Part shown: positions 13,256 to 25,664 of the stretch, in pieces | Numbering within the stretch: position 1 is the first letter of the stretch | Layout: the number at the start of each line of letters is the position of its first letter | DNA from: Mobula hypostoma | Lineage: Eukaryota | Direction: 5' to 3' | DNA length: 64,000 nucleotides | NCBI RefSeq assembly: GCF_963921235.1 | Contig: NC_086122.1 | Location: 26,040,001 to 26,104,000, forward strand | The notes under the pieces: generated by a model | Seen by the model: only the letters and a program-made list of their open reading frames with translations | Told to the model about the DNA's origin: nothing | Databases searched by the model: none | Made by a program: the position numbers and the translations under genes

Positions 13256-13552
13256 ATTCTGACTTTGTTCCAGCATGTTGTCGCCATTCCAACCAGAAAT
13301 GGGAACAAATGCTACAGTTGCTGGGTTATAGCCGATCTTCTTGATGTACGTGCTGACTTCCTTCGTGATTTCACTGTATCTTGCCTCGCTGTATGGGGGT
13401 TCAGTGGAGTCCATCTTGTTGATACCAATAATGAGCTGCTTGACACCCAAGGTGTAGGCAAGCAGAGCGTGTTCCCTTGTCTGTCCATTCTTTGAGATAC
13501 CAGCTTCAAACTCACCCACGCCAGCTGCAACTATCAGCACAGCGCAGTCAGC
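13256..13552 (-). CDS. eef1a: EF1-alpha exon 4
   Basis: ttcctag|GCTGAC...CAGAAT|gtatgt; [48 protein letters not shown]...[10 protein letters not shown]. Confidence 0.98.
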
Positions 13553-13729
13553 CTAGGAAAAAAAAAGAGGATTTGTTAAATATGAGGTATTGGCCAGGGC
13601 TATTTAGATGAATAGAAGAGTTCTACAGAAGGTTCTGCAGAAAAAAAGCACCTGTCATGTGACCTATGACAATAATTTAGAAATATGGATTTGGCTTTCA
13701 ATCACAAAACCGACCGTATGAACAAAATC

Positions 13730-13903
13730 AACACACGCAAAATGCTGTTGCAACTCAGCAAGCCAGGCAGCATCTATGAAAGAGTACTTTCAACTTCGGG
13801 TCAAGACACCGATGGTACTTTTCCACAGATGCCGCCTGGCCTGCAGAGTTCTTCCAGCATTTTGCTTGGATTTCTAGCGTCTGCAGATTTTCTCTTGTTT
13901 GCA
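13730..13903. mobile_element. Penelope pLTR-derived fold-back cassette with 13-bp TSD in eef1a intron 3
   Basis: TSD tatgaacaaaatc at 13717-13729 and 13904-13916; imperfect inverted pLTR arms. Confidence 0.8.
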
Positions 13904-13993
13904 TATGAACAAAATCCCAGGATAATCGATCATGTAAACAAAAAGCAGCTATTCATATAGAGGATAATAACCAAGTAGCAGTAATTCAAATTA

Positions 13994-14200
<207 letters not shown>

Positions 14201-14350
14201 CTAGAAAACACAAAGAGGAATGATAGGACCACTTTATCAGTCTTAATTCAACAGTTTAAAGTGCTACCTTGCAATAACTTGTTAATCCAACTTCACCCAA
14301 ATATTAAAACCAATGAATTAATTATTCCACAATGCATTCTGTGACAATTA

Positions 14351-14539
<189 letters not shown>

Positions 14540-14599
14540 TTAACGTTGGAATGAGTGCTGTAAAAGAGCAGGATTACTATTCATTTTTAAATTCCGAAA

Positions 14600-14770
14600 A
14601 CTACCAACTTAAATATACCTACGGACTTGGCCACAGCAGTCTGTGGCAGAGCATTCCACAGGTTCACCACTCTGATTTAAAAAATATAAATCCCCGTTCT
14701 GAAAAGTCGCCCCCCAAATTTTGAAGCTGTGTGCCCTCCAGTTCTGGAAACCCCCACCGAAGGAAGCGTG
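14600..14770 (-). mobile_element. CR1 LINE 3' fragment in eef1a intron 1
   Basis: ctgtggcagagcattccacaggttcaccactctg, the conserved CR1 ORF2 end in reverse complement. Confidence 0.65.
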
Positions 14771-15759
14771 CGAAGGCCTTCGCCTAGCCGGTCACATCCT
14801 GCATGTGAGTCAATGGGGACGTGGCCAATAATTCATTCGGCAGTCAGTACCACGATAGCGTAATTACACAACGCCAGATGATGGCCGCCTTCCCGAACGA
14901 ACGGGGAGAAAAGAAAAATCTACCCCGGGTACCGGTCACAGCTCTTTGGGAATTCAGATGATGTTTAAATCTCCTCCGGGGGGGGTGGGGCAGTGCTTGA
15001 ATTTTCACGTGGAAACCTGACGAGGGATTACTGTTAGAATCCATAATCAAGCATCTCACCTGAAAATCACTGTAATTTTAAAATCCACCCGTTGGATATT
15101 AAATGGACCCCTCAGATAGGGGTAAAACAGTTGGTAACCGTGCCGGTAAAGTATCTCCAAGGCCCACGCTAGCAGCCTGACCGGAACACCATCATTGCAT
15201 CAGACGCTCAACAATGGACTACCACTCCTCCCTCACGTTACCCAAATGAAAGGCTGGGGGGTTGGGGGGGGTGAGAGCTTAAAACTACAAATTACCCGGC
15301 GAAACGCTTCGAGGCACTCGGTATTTTGTACAGGTCCGGTCGATGTCGCCGGATGGCCACGGGCAAGCAGCGGATTGAAGTGGATTGTGCCCGGCCAGAC
15401 CGGCTGCTCACATCCAACAAAAGCGACCTTCAGCGAAAGTGACGCCGGTCGCCTGAGTTCTCCCATCTGGAGACTTGGGGTTTTTTTTCCCCAAAAGCTC
15501 TTACCATTCTGACAAACACGCTCTCTCCATTTATATTACACATGAGAGTTCTCCCTCAGGAGGAAGAAAATTACGCCGTCACAGAAATGAGCTATTCAAT
15601 AAAGGGGAAATCAAACTGGAATCTGTCCATCACAAAAAAAACATCTTTTAAAACCAAAAAAAAATATATATATATTAATTTTACCACATGAAGGTTAGTA
15701 AATAACCGTGGCCGGCCCCAGGCCCAAGCTTCTCCCAGACAGCCATTTATTTTAGTTAC

Positions 15760-15810
15760 CGTTCAGATGCAGCCGCAAACCTCACACCGTTAGAATCGGA
15801 GACTAAAAGG
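15760..15810 (-). other. eef1a: eef1a non-coding exon 1 with 5' TOP (CCTTTT)
   Basis: CCTTTTAGTCTCC...CTGAACG|gtaact, ~30 nt downstream of TATAAA; same architecture as vertebrate EEF1A1. Confidence 0.8.
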
Positions 15811-15900
15811 ACAGAAAAAATGGCGTCGTGGCAATTTATAGGCGGGAGGTGGGGTGGAAGGCTCGTCGACGACGGCTTTCCCCCTTCCCGCCCCTTTTTT
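15811..15900 (-). promoter_or_regulatory. eef1a: eef1a core promoter: TATAAA (15835-15840), YY1-like AAAATGGCG (15817-15825), GC boxes
   Basis: Motifs read directly within the CpG-rich region ~14750-16150. Confidence 0.8.
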
Positions 15901-17434
15901 TCTGCCCTCCAAGTACGGAATTAATGTCGGATGCGTGCATGCTTTATATATTTTCTCCACCTTTTCACCTACTCTTTCCTTTTTTTTTAAAGTTGGGGGG
16001 GAAAAAAAGGTTAAGCGATTTCATGATCCAGTTTTCCCTTTCATGAGAGTTCTCTGCACCCAAATATCAAATAAATTCTTCGAGACCCCCGTCGAATTTA
16101 CCCACCCATCCGGCTCTGAACGGATTGACGTTTTTATTGCCTCCCACCCATTTGTTTCCTCTAGAAATTTCCGAAGCTGAAGAATGAGCAACGTGCCAAG
16201 AATTTGACTTCTTTACTGACCTCTTGAGCGATTGAGAGTTTTAAATACCAATGCCGAAGGTAATTTCAGAAATGGCTCGAGTAATTATTTCGTTAATATT
16301 CCAGTCTTTTCCGAAATAATGTGTTGTTAATACAATAATATTTTAAAAATGATTCCCCCACCCTTCCTTCACCATGGCATGAACATGAAACTGATATTTT
16401 ATACATATTCCAGAAGATCCCAAAATTTAAAAAAAAATCACAGTAAACACGAGAGAGATTTTTGGCTTATGAGTTAAATTTTATGGAAACAGACCGGCTG
16501 GTAAGTTTCTCACCTGAAACTGCGCTATAAAACTCTTCTTATGAAACCAGACCGTGGGAGTTGCTGGCACGTGATTAGAATTAGCCCAAGGCTAAATTAT
16601 TAAATCTTTATTTAAATATAGAAGTTAATGAATGCTGACAACTCCCAGAAACTATGCAATTGCATTGCTTTGCCTTTGGTGATTCAGAGTCTCCCCATGG
16701 TTTATAGAGGTTTTTTTTATGCACATTGCAACTGGAACATGTGGTGGTGGGGGAACCTACATTCTACTTCAAACTCAAATATAATTGCTCCCCAAAAAGA
16801 TCCTTTGGAAGCATTTATTCCATGATGTGCCATGAATTAACAAAAAAAACATAAATGAGTAAAATAATAACCATCAGGTTCTTTGAGCTCACTCTGCCAT
16901 TCAGCAAAGGTCATGGCTGATCTACTTCTGTGCTATCCATATCCCTTGAATTGTTTAAGTCCAGAAATCTATTCAGCTCTTTTGATTGCATCCACAGCCA
17001 TCAAAGCTAGAGAATTCCAAGGGTTCACTGCCCTCCGAAGAAATGTCCCCTCAACAGAGTCATAAAAGGCTTGTGACTTATTCTGGGTCAAATAATAGAA
17101 CTGAGTGGGTTTGCCATCACTCTAATTCTCTCATTCGCCTATTGTAAATACTTCAAATTTATTTACAGATGAAATACGTAACTTCTCTAACTAATAACTT
17201 GTTGGTTTCACTCTGACAGGATGTAATTGTACTTTATGGAAAAGTTAATTTCTGGGAGTACTATGTATTATAACTTTAGCTACATTGTAAGCTCTGTGGA
17301 AGTCCACGTACATTGGTTAGCTCTCTGTTCTTTTGGGGTACATCCTCAAAAAAATGTCTTTTAAGTAAAAATCCTTAAAATGACTTATTTCCCTTTCGTA
17401 TGTCCACCTTGATTCTACCCACATAAAAGTTGCT

Positions 17435-17628
17435 GGACCCTAGCCTAATCACAGGACAATTTGCAATGATCAATTCGCCTACTAACCGTCTGTGGGAGGA
17501 AACCCATGTGGACACGGGAAGGAACAAACACACTTGCTTACAGAGGATGCTGGAATTCTACTCTGAACTCTGACCCCGCCCCCAGCTGTAACAGCATCGC
17601 GCTCACTACCTCACTACCACGGCGCCCC
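17435..17628 (-). mobile_element. tRNA-derived V-SINE fragment
   Basis: ccctagcctaatcacaggacaatt...gggaggaaacccatgtg...; similar to the other V-SINEs in the window. Confidence 0.65.
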
Positions 17629-18813
17629 GTATTGTTAGTATTTTCTCGGCATTTTATTCACTATTACTGGTAACTGATGTCCAAGTTTCTATTTTAGAAG
17701 ACAGAGCTGAAATAAAACTATGCCAGATAATTTCACTCATGAGAGCCTGCATACAGAGATTAATTCCTTTGATAAAGTCATAAGACCATGAGTCATCAAA
17801 TTCCACTTTGGTCTTCTTAAGTAGATGCTGCCATAGTCATATGAGCCAAAGAAAGTGAACACAATCTTCAACTCCAATTACCAAGAAAGCAAATAACCTG
17901 ACAAATTAATCGTTATGCTCGCAATAAGTATATAGTATTGATTTTCATCTTAAGCTGTGGCTACAGATGTAAATGCTCTAGGAAGAGTGCAAAGGACATT
18001 TACTAAGTGGTTCCAGGGATGCGGGGCTTAATTTTTTGTGAATAGATCAGAGAAACCGGCAGACACACGAGACTTGCAGACGCTGCAATCTGGGGCGAGG
18101 AGTAAATTGCGGAGACAGCTCAGGGCGTCAGGTAGCATCTGCGGGCGGTCGATATTTTAGGTTGAGGCCCTGCTTCAGGACTTTGAGCTAAGAGGGAAGC
18201 TAGCCAGTTTATAGGAGAGATGAGAAATAAGTTGGTCAGTGGTAGGTCCAAAAATGAGGAGGGTGGACAGATGGAGGAAAATAGAGAGATTGAGCTGGAT
18301 GAAAAGTAGAAATAGAGTAGGTGATCACTTTCATCCAGGGTCTTTTCCCTTAGCTTGCCTTTTCCGTCCCTGCCTCCTCCCCTCAGTGCCAGTTACATCT
18401 GCCCATCATCTACATATTTACCTGGGTTTCTTCACCCTTGGTTTACCTTCCATATCCAATCCACCTCTGGTTTTCACCATCCCTCCCTTATCCGGCTCCA
18501 TCCATCACCTACCAGCCTCCGCTGGCCCACCGAGTCCTTCCAGATGTGTGTTTTTGCTCCAGGGAAGCTGGGATTGCACTTCTAGAGACTGAGGAAGCTG
18601 TGTTGGGATTGGTATTAGGGGAGTAGATAGGAGGAAACTGTATCTGTTTGCGAGGGGGGGCAAGATTGAGGAGCTACAGAATGAAGACAATTGGCAAAAG
18701 AACCAGAAATGATATGAGGAAAATAATATTCTATGATTAAGATCTGGAAAAGGTTTGTAGCAGTGACAGATTTGACTGTGGCAATGAACCAGAAGATGGA
18801 TGAATATTTGAAA

Positions 18814-19201
18814 TATTTTTCCCCTCTCCCTTCCTTTTTCTTCTATTCTACATTCTGGCCTCTTAGATCTTCTTACTTACTAATCATCTCCCCCTCGGGT
18901 CCCCTCCTCCTTCCCTTTCTCCTATGGTCCACTCTTCTCCCCTATCAGTTTCCTTTCTCTCCAGCCCTTTATCTTACCCACTTGCCTGGCTTCACCTTTC
19001 AGCTTATCCTCCTTCCCCTCTCCTCCCCATCTTTTTATTCTGACATCTTCCCCCTTCCTTTTCAGTCCTGAAGAAAGGTCTCAGCCTGAAACATCGACTG
19101 TCCATTCATTTCCATAGATGCTACCTGACCTGCTGAGTTCTTCTAGCATTGTGTGTGTTTCTTTTGGATTTCCAGCATCTGCAGATTTTCTTGTGTTTAT
19201 G
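18814..19201 (+). mobile_element. Penelope pLTR with hammerhead motif (19063-19100), inserted in an old CR1 tail
   Basis: TSD atttgaaa at 18806-18813 and 19202-19209; cagtc-CTGAAGA-aaggtctcagcct-GAAA-catc-gactg. Confidence 0.8.
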
Positions 19202-20299
19202 ATTTGAAAGAATTTGCAAAATTATGGGGAGAGAACAAGGGAGTAGTATTAATTGGTTAACTCTTGCATGTAGCTGCTATAGACTTATTTCCATTTAGAC
19301 GTTAATGGGTTAAAAGACTTTTCTCTATGATGATAAGGTTCTGTGGTTATATGCTGTGACTGTTATCTTTATAGCTTTCATCACATTTCTCAGCATTTGT
19401 CCTTAAATAAAACCTTGAAATTCAACCAGGAAGCACAACAAAATTGTGCAAAATACTTTGATCGTTCAGAATTCAACCATGAAAAATTACCGATCTAAAA
19501 AATGAAACTGCTCAATCTGCTGAGCTTTTCAGAACTTTCTGTTTACCTTTCTGCAAGATTGTTTCTCTCAAACACTTAAGCTTGCTTGCTCCTAGGAAGA
19601 TACAGCAAGCATGTGCATTCAGGAGATACCAAGGACAAGGAGGTACCAAGGTTTAGCTGTCCTTGAATTTCAAGGTCAAAAAATTAGACTTTCCACATGT
19701 TATAGTAGTTTGTTTTAAAATAACATTGCCAACAATTAGCTAATTGATATCAGGGTCCTAATTCTTACCAGGGTATTTCAAGTTCATGCATATCTGCTTC
19801 TAGCTACAGTAAATCTGGGAGGAGACCATGGCAGCGATAGTAATTCAAAAGTTCTTACATCCACTGTGCCTGTACCTGCTCTTTAAAGGAGTTCTTTGAA
19901 ATTATAGTTTGTGAGAGACATGTGCCCGCCAAACTGTAACCCAGTGCTTTGCAGGAATGGATCTGTGCCCTCCAGTACTCTAAACCAGTTCAAACGATGA
20001 GACCAGGTTCAACCTGATCCATAGTCCCAGCTCAATCAGGTCTCAATTCTTAATGTTAGCCTGGTCTTTAGTCCCCAGCTGTGTTAAGATTGAGGACTCC
20101 ACAATGAGCAATGTCTGGGATCCAGAAGGACAGCTGGAAATGGGGAGAAGTGAATAGAATTCAGCCTTACCTCTGATTTCTGGCCTCTGTAGCACTTATC
20201 CCAGTCCCAAACACTTCTATTCAATGACCCTACTTGCCAATTCCTTTTAAAGGGCTGAGGATGTTTTAGGTTTCTTGGAAAATATTGAAAGCGCAGACT

Positions 20300-22200
20300 C
20301 ATTTACACTCATTTATCTCTGTTGAACGTAATTTGCTAATCATTTGTCCATTGTTGCATGTCATTTATTAAAGTTCTGCTTAGTATGGACCATCCACCCT
20401 TGTTTGGACCTGCAAGAAATTCCTAACTCCAGAGTCTAAATCATTCATGTGAATTATTAACAGAGTGACCCTAGCAGAGATTCTTGTGATCCACCACCCA
20501 CTTCGTACCACAAACAACTCCACTTTACTCTTGCTCTCTGCCCTGCTGCTTTTCACCTAACACAATATTCTCTGACCTTCTCCAATCCTAGCTCTGATTG
20601 TTGTCTGTAAAATATTCCACTATTTTATGTTACTTGATAACTTTATAGTTCTATTTTGCTTTCAATTGTTCTCTTTTACCTTCATTGAGGTGTGGAGCCT
20701 CCTGGGTGTTTACCGTTTTCCCCATTAAGCAGAATCTATGGTATTTTCTTGCACCCTGTTCAATGCCAGTTTAAAAGTTGCCCATTGTGTTCTGCACGTT
20801 TCACTGATATGATTGTCCAATTTATCTTGCTGGGTTTTATTTTCAACCTGTCATAACCTATGATTTTCCAATTATTAAACCTATGTCCTTATTGATTAAC
20901 AAGTTAAAGCTTCCCTATGACAGTCCCATTAGATCAGGGGTTCCCAACCTTCTTTATACCATGGACCCCTAACATTAACTGAGGGGACCATGGACCCCAA
21001 ATTGGGAATCTTGCATTAGATCTTCCCGTTTTTTACTCCACCACCCATTCCTGATTTTTCTATAGCAATATCTCCATAATTCAGGTTATTTCCTATTTCT
21101 TTCAAAGCACAATTGCCTCCCACTCTCCTATTTTCCTAGACATACATACGATGTGTATACAGAGATAGGAACTCATTAGATTTTCCACTTGTCTTAATGT
21201 TAACCATCTTCTGTTTTATAGTAGCATTTACCTCCTTCCCATCAATGAGCCCCCTTACACATTTTCATGCACTATTTTTAAACTCTTCATTTTGTGTACA
21301 CTCATTATTCCTTGACCTTATTAGTTTGAAGCCAGCCTTTCTCACCTCCCCATTTACCCTTAGCACCAGAAACTGAGCTCATCCTTGATCCGATGGAACC
21401 CACCTTATTAGTACAGTCCTGGGAAGAGTGCCGAAAGGAACTTCCACATGCCTTTGCAATGGTTGGCCCATGCTTCAGTGCATCCCTCAATATACATTGT
21501 GGTGACTTGGAACATAGCCGATTTCCAAAGGCAGTTTTTGTTTGGAAGCCAATTTGCTGCAGCACAGAAGAGGTCATTTTCAATCTCTGTCCTTTATGTT
21601 GATTCACCACCACCTTTAATTTGGCCAACATCAGTATTATCATCAGCAAACTTATATATGCCATTTTATCATCGTTTCCATTCTTACCGACCTGCACTTC
21701 TCCCTCTGTCCCCACACCCCACACCCGATGATGATCCTTTCTGGCTATGAAGATGGAGCACTCCTAGTTCTCGTTTCACCTTGGCTATGCACAGCTATTC
21801 AGTTTTCTCACTCTTGAGGCCATGCTTTTTAATTTAGATTCTAACTCCAAATACCCTTTCAATTACACTTCAGTCTTATTCATGCTAATGTCATTTGTTT
21901 GAACATGGCTCACGACAGCTGATTTACTGCTGTCCGCCTCCACATCCTCTCCTGCCACTGTGAGATATTTCATATCCAGTAGGTAACACACCTTCTGGTA
22001 TTTATGTGCTTGAATGCAGAAGATCCTCCGATCCTCATATCCTCATCACATTACTGATCTGCTCTCTCCCCTTACAAACCCTTGTGAGCCACGGTGTCAT
22101 TGAGGGTTTTCAGCTTGCAGTACTTTGCTTGTCCCCACAGGTAATGGTGTGTGAGATTCTTTGCAATGCTGCTTACACTGTGGACTGTATATTGTAATGT
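20300..22200 (-). mobile_element. Highly decayed CR1-like LINE (RT- and ORF1-like remnants)
   Basis: Weak similarity to CR1 RT (tcattcatgtgaattattaacagagtgaccctagcagag) and ORF1-like segments; no long ORF. Confidence 0.35.
20935..21013. mobile_element. hAT-type MITE (79 bp)
   Basis: TIR CAGGGGTTCCCAA / TTGGGAATCTTG; 8-bp TSD cattagat at 20927-20934 and 21014-21021. Confidence 0.85.
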
Positions 22201-22554
22201 AAGCAGGTTTTTGAGATAATTCTGATCATTATACTGCAGCATGTTTAAAGGCACATGCTCAAACGGAACTTTATTTACAAAATATCAAATTAAGTTTAAT
22301 GCATGAAGCCTTCTGACAAAGAATTGCACTGAGCGGGAGAAAGAACGTATTGTAAGATTTGTAGCACTGAATGGCACAGGCTGATACTTGGAGCTGAAAG
22401 TATCACAAGAAGATGCATATGCAACTTGGGCTTTTGAAAACCTTGTATTTGTACAAATATAAGAAAAATATATTGATTTTGTTTAACTGAACAGAGGGAG
22501 AAATGCAGGTGGGTAAGAAGGGAGACGATGATAAAATGCAGTATTTCATTTTCC

Positions 22555-23490
22555 TGATGACACCACTGTTGTTGGCCAAATCAAAGGTGGTGATGAATTA
22601 ACTTATAGGAGGGAGATTGAAAATCAGGTTGTGTGGTGCTACAATGACAACCTTTCACTCAATGTCAACAAAATCGAAGCACTGATTATCAACTACAGGA
22701 GGAAGAAGCCGGAGGACCCTCAGCCTGTCCTCACTAGGGGACAGAAGGTGAAGAGGGTCAGTAGCTTAAAATTCCTTGGTGTTATATCAGAGGATCTGTT
22801 GTGGAAGCAACAGGTAAGCGCCATCACAAAGAAGACACAACAATGCTGCAACAGTTTTAGAAGTTTGCTTGTCACCAAAACCTTTTGACAAACTTCTATG
22901 GATGCGCAGTGTAGAGCATCCTAACTGGTTGCATCATGATCTGGTATGGAAACTCCAAAGCCCAGGAACAGAAATGACAACAGGAAATTGTGGGTGCAGC
23001 CCATTCCATAACAGGCAAAACCCTCCCCACTACTGAGGACATTTGCATGGAGTGCTTGCCACAAGAAAGCAGCGTCTGTCATCAAAGACCCTCACCATCC
23101 AGGCCATACTCTCTTCTTGCTATTAGCATCGGACAAGAGGTACAAAGGCCTTACGTCCACACTGCCAGGTTTAAGAACATTTATTACCCTAAAAAGATCC
23201 GGCTCCTGAACTGGCATGATAACTTTACTCACCTCAACAATGAATTGATTCCACTACCGACAGAATCACTTTCGAAGACTCTTTACAATTCATGTTCTTG
23301 GTATTAGTTTTTTATTTGCACAGTTTGTCTTCTTTTGAACCTTGTTTTATCAATCTTGTGTTTATGTATAGTTTTTCGTAAATTCTATTGTATTTCTTTA
23401 TTTTTATGTACATGCCTGAAAGAAAATGAAACTGAAGGTAATATAGTGACATATACTAACTTGATAATAAATTTGCCGTGAAATTTGAAA
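22555..23490 (+). mobile_element. Rex1/Babar-type LINE 3' fragment, decayed
   Basis: DDTTVVG...WCYNDNLSLNVNKIEALIINYRR...KFLGV; several frameshifts. Confidence 0.8.
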
Positions 23491-23944
23491 TTTCTGAGGT
23501 AGCATTTCCAAGCTTTGAAATATGACATGTTTAAATAGTTCCTTTTCTTTAACGTCTGCCAAAAAACTAACTTTTGAACCTTTTACAATTCTGGTAGTGT
23601 AATCATCGTAGCAGAAAACAGGAAACATCTTGCAATAATATTTTAACTTTTCTCTTTTACATTGTACTCTCCCAAAATGTTACAGAGTATCAAATGAATA
23701 AATCACTATCAAATCAGTATTGAACAAAGATATAGATCCATTTTCATAATTGTAACAAATTATTTAAGATAGCCGTTTGAATCACATTTGAATCAATTTC
23801 TTGCCTTAAAGAAGTAAAAAAGCTACAGTGTTAACATTTCCCGCTACAATAACAAAAATGTGGCATATATGTAGTCTTTCAGTCTTTAAAATGTACCATT
23901 TAAAATGCTCATATTGTATTTATCAATCATTTTCATAATAAGGC

Positions 23945-24740
23945 CATAAGATATAGAAGAAAGTGTGCCATTCAGCCCATCAAGTGTGCTCCACCATTCA
24001 ATCGTGGGCTGATCCAATTCTTCCTGTCATCCCCACTCCCCTGCCTTCTCCCCATACCCTTTGATGCCTTGGCTAATCAGGAACCTATCTATCTCTGCCT
24101 TAAATACACCCAATGTTTTGGCCTCCACAGCCGCTTGTGGCAATAAATTCCACAGATCTACCACCCTCTGACTAAAGTAATTTCTCTGCATTTCAGTTCT
24201 AAATGGACATTCTTCAATCCTGATTCGTGCCCTCTTGTCCTAGACTCCCTTACCATGGGAAATAACTTTGCCATATCTAATCTGTTCAGGCCTTTTCACA
24301 TTTGGAATGTTTCAATGCAATTCCCCCCTCATTCTCCTGAATTCAGCCCAAAAGCTGCCAGACGTTCCTCATAATCCTTTCATTCATGGAATTGTTCTTG
24401 TGAATCTTCTGAAAACCCTCTCCAATGTCAGCACATCATTTCTAAAATAAGGAGCCCAAAACTGCACATAATACTCCATGTGGCCTCACAAGTGCCTTAT
24501 AGAGCCTCAACGTCACATCCCTGCTCTTATATTCTATACCTCTAGAAATGAATGCCAACATTGCATTCATCTTCTTCACCACCAACTCAGCCTGGAGGTT
24601 AACCTTTAGGGTATCCTGCACAAGGACTCCCAAGTCCCTTTGTATCTCTGCATTTTGAATTCTCTCCCCATCTAAATAATAGTCTGCCCGTTTATTTCTT
24701 CCACCGAAGTGCATGACCATACACTTTCCAACACTGTATC
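23945..24740 (-). mobile_element. CR1 LINE 3' fragment
   Basis: VMHFGGRNKRADYYLDG...QRDLGVLV...LYKALVRPH. Confidence 0.9.
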
Positions 24741-24932
24741 AAGAGCTTTCTTTTAAAGTGAATTACTTTATCAACATTTGCTTTAAAAATAAAAATAAAA
24801 TTACATGTATTCAGATTAGGTTGCACGCAAAGGTGTAATCTACTTTGCAAACACTAGGTTATTTATGCCACTAAGATTCAAAAGATATAAAATATTATGG
24901 TTATAAAGAATGTGATATGGAAGCTGTTCAGC

Positions 24933-24935
<3 letters not shown>

Positions 24936-24964
<29 letters not shown>
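24936..24964. repeat. (AC)n microsatellite
   Basis: ~14 AC units. Confidence 0.95.
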
Positions 24965-24968
<4 letters not shown>

Positions 24969-24969
24969 C

Positions 24970-25370
24970 TGCCCTTTAGGACAGCAATGAAAGGTTGTCC
25001 ATCTCTGGCAGGGTTAAGGGTTTCCTTCATCATGTCAGTAGCTTCCTCTCAGTTTTCACTACTGTCAGTCATGCAAGTCCCGGGTGGAGACACAGGAATA
25101 CCGTCACACTCGGGTGTTGAAGGTTTCTTCATCGCTGTTCCGTAACAATTTTGTTTTACCAGTCAGGGTTGTCAGCCCTGAGCTGAACCCCCCAAGCCAG
25201 GAGGACCAGTGGACCACTCAGTCTGGCCTCTACCCTTTGACCTGTTTGGCGTGGATGACCCTACCAACAGCCAAAGCATAAAGCCCTGACTCCAGCCAAC
25301 ATAACTCTCTGGGTCATTGCAGCACACAAGCCTCCAAACCAGAGCAAGGAATGTGGCCCTCCTGGAGGTT
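24970..25370 (-). mobile_element. RTE-clade 5'-UTR-derived non-autonomous element
   Basis: gagggccacattccttgctctggtttggaggcttgtgtgctgcaatgacccagagag... resembles 5' ends of RTE/Rex3/BovB-type LINEs (pattern recognition only). Confidence 0.5.
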
Positions 25371-25664
25371 CCCATTCTTGCTCGGGTGTAATATCCAGAT
25401 GATGGGTATTTACTTCCTTATATGTACAATTGAGAAGGAAGCCAGGCAGTCCATGTTGGTTCCTAGCAGACCATCACATCTGATTCATTCCCCACTCCCC
25501 CCCATAACTTGTCTCTCACATGCCTATCGACTCTTCTTTGATTCCTTTTGTCTCAGGTACACCAAGTAGTATACTTACATTAAACCATCCAAACTGGAGT
25601 ACAGTATTTGACAGAAACCTATACAATTACGGAGAGAACGTATAAAATGTCACACAGTTCCATT

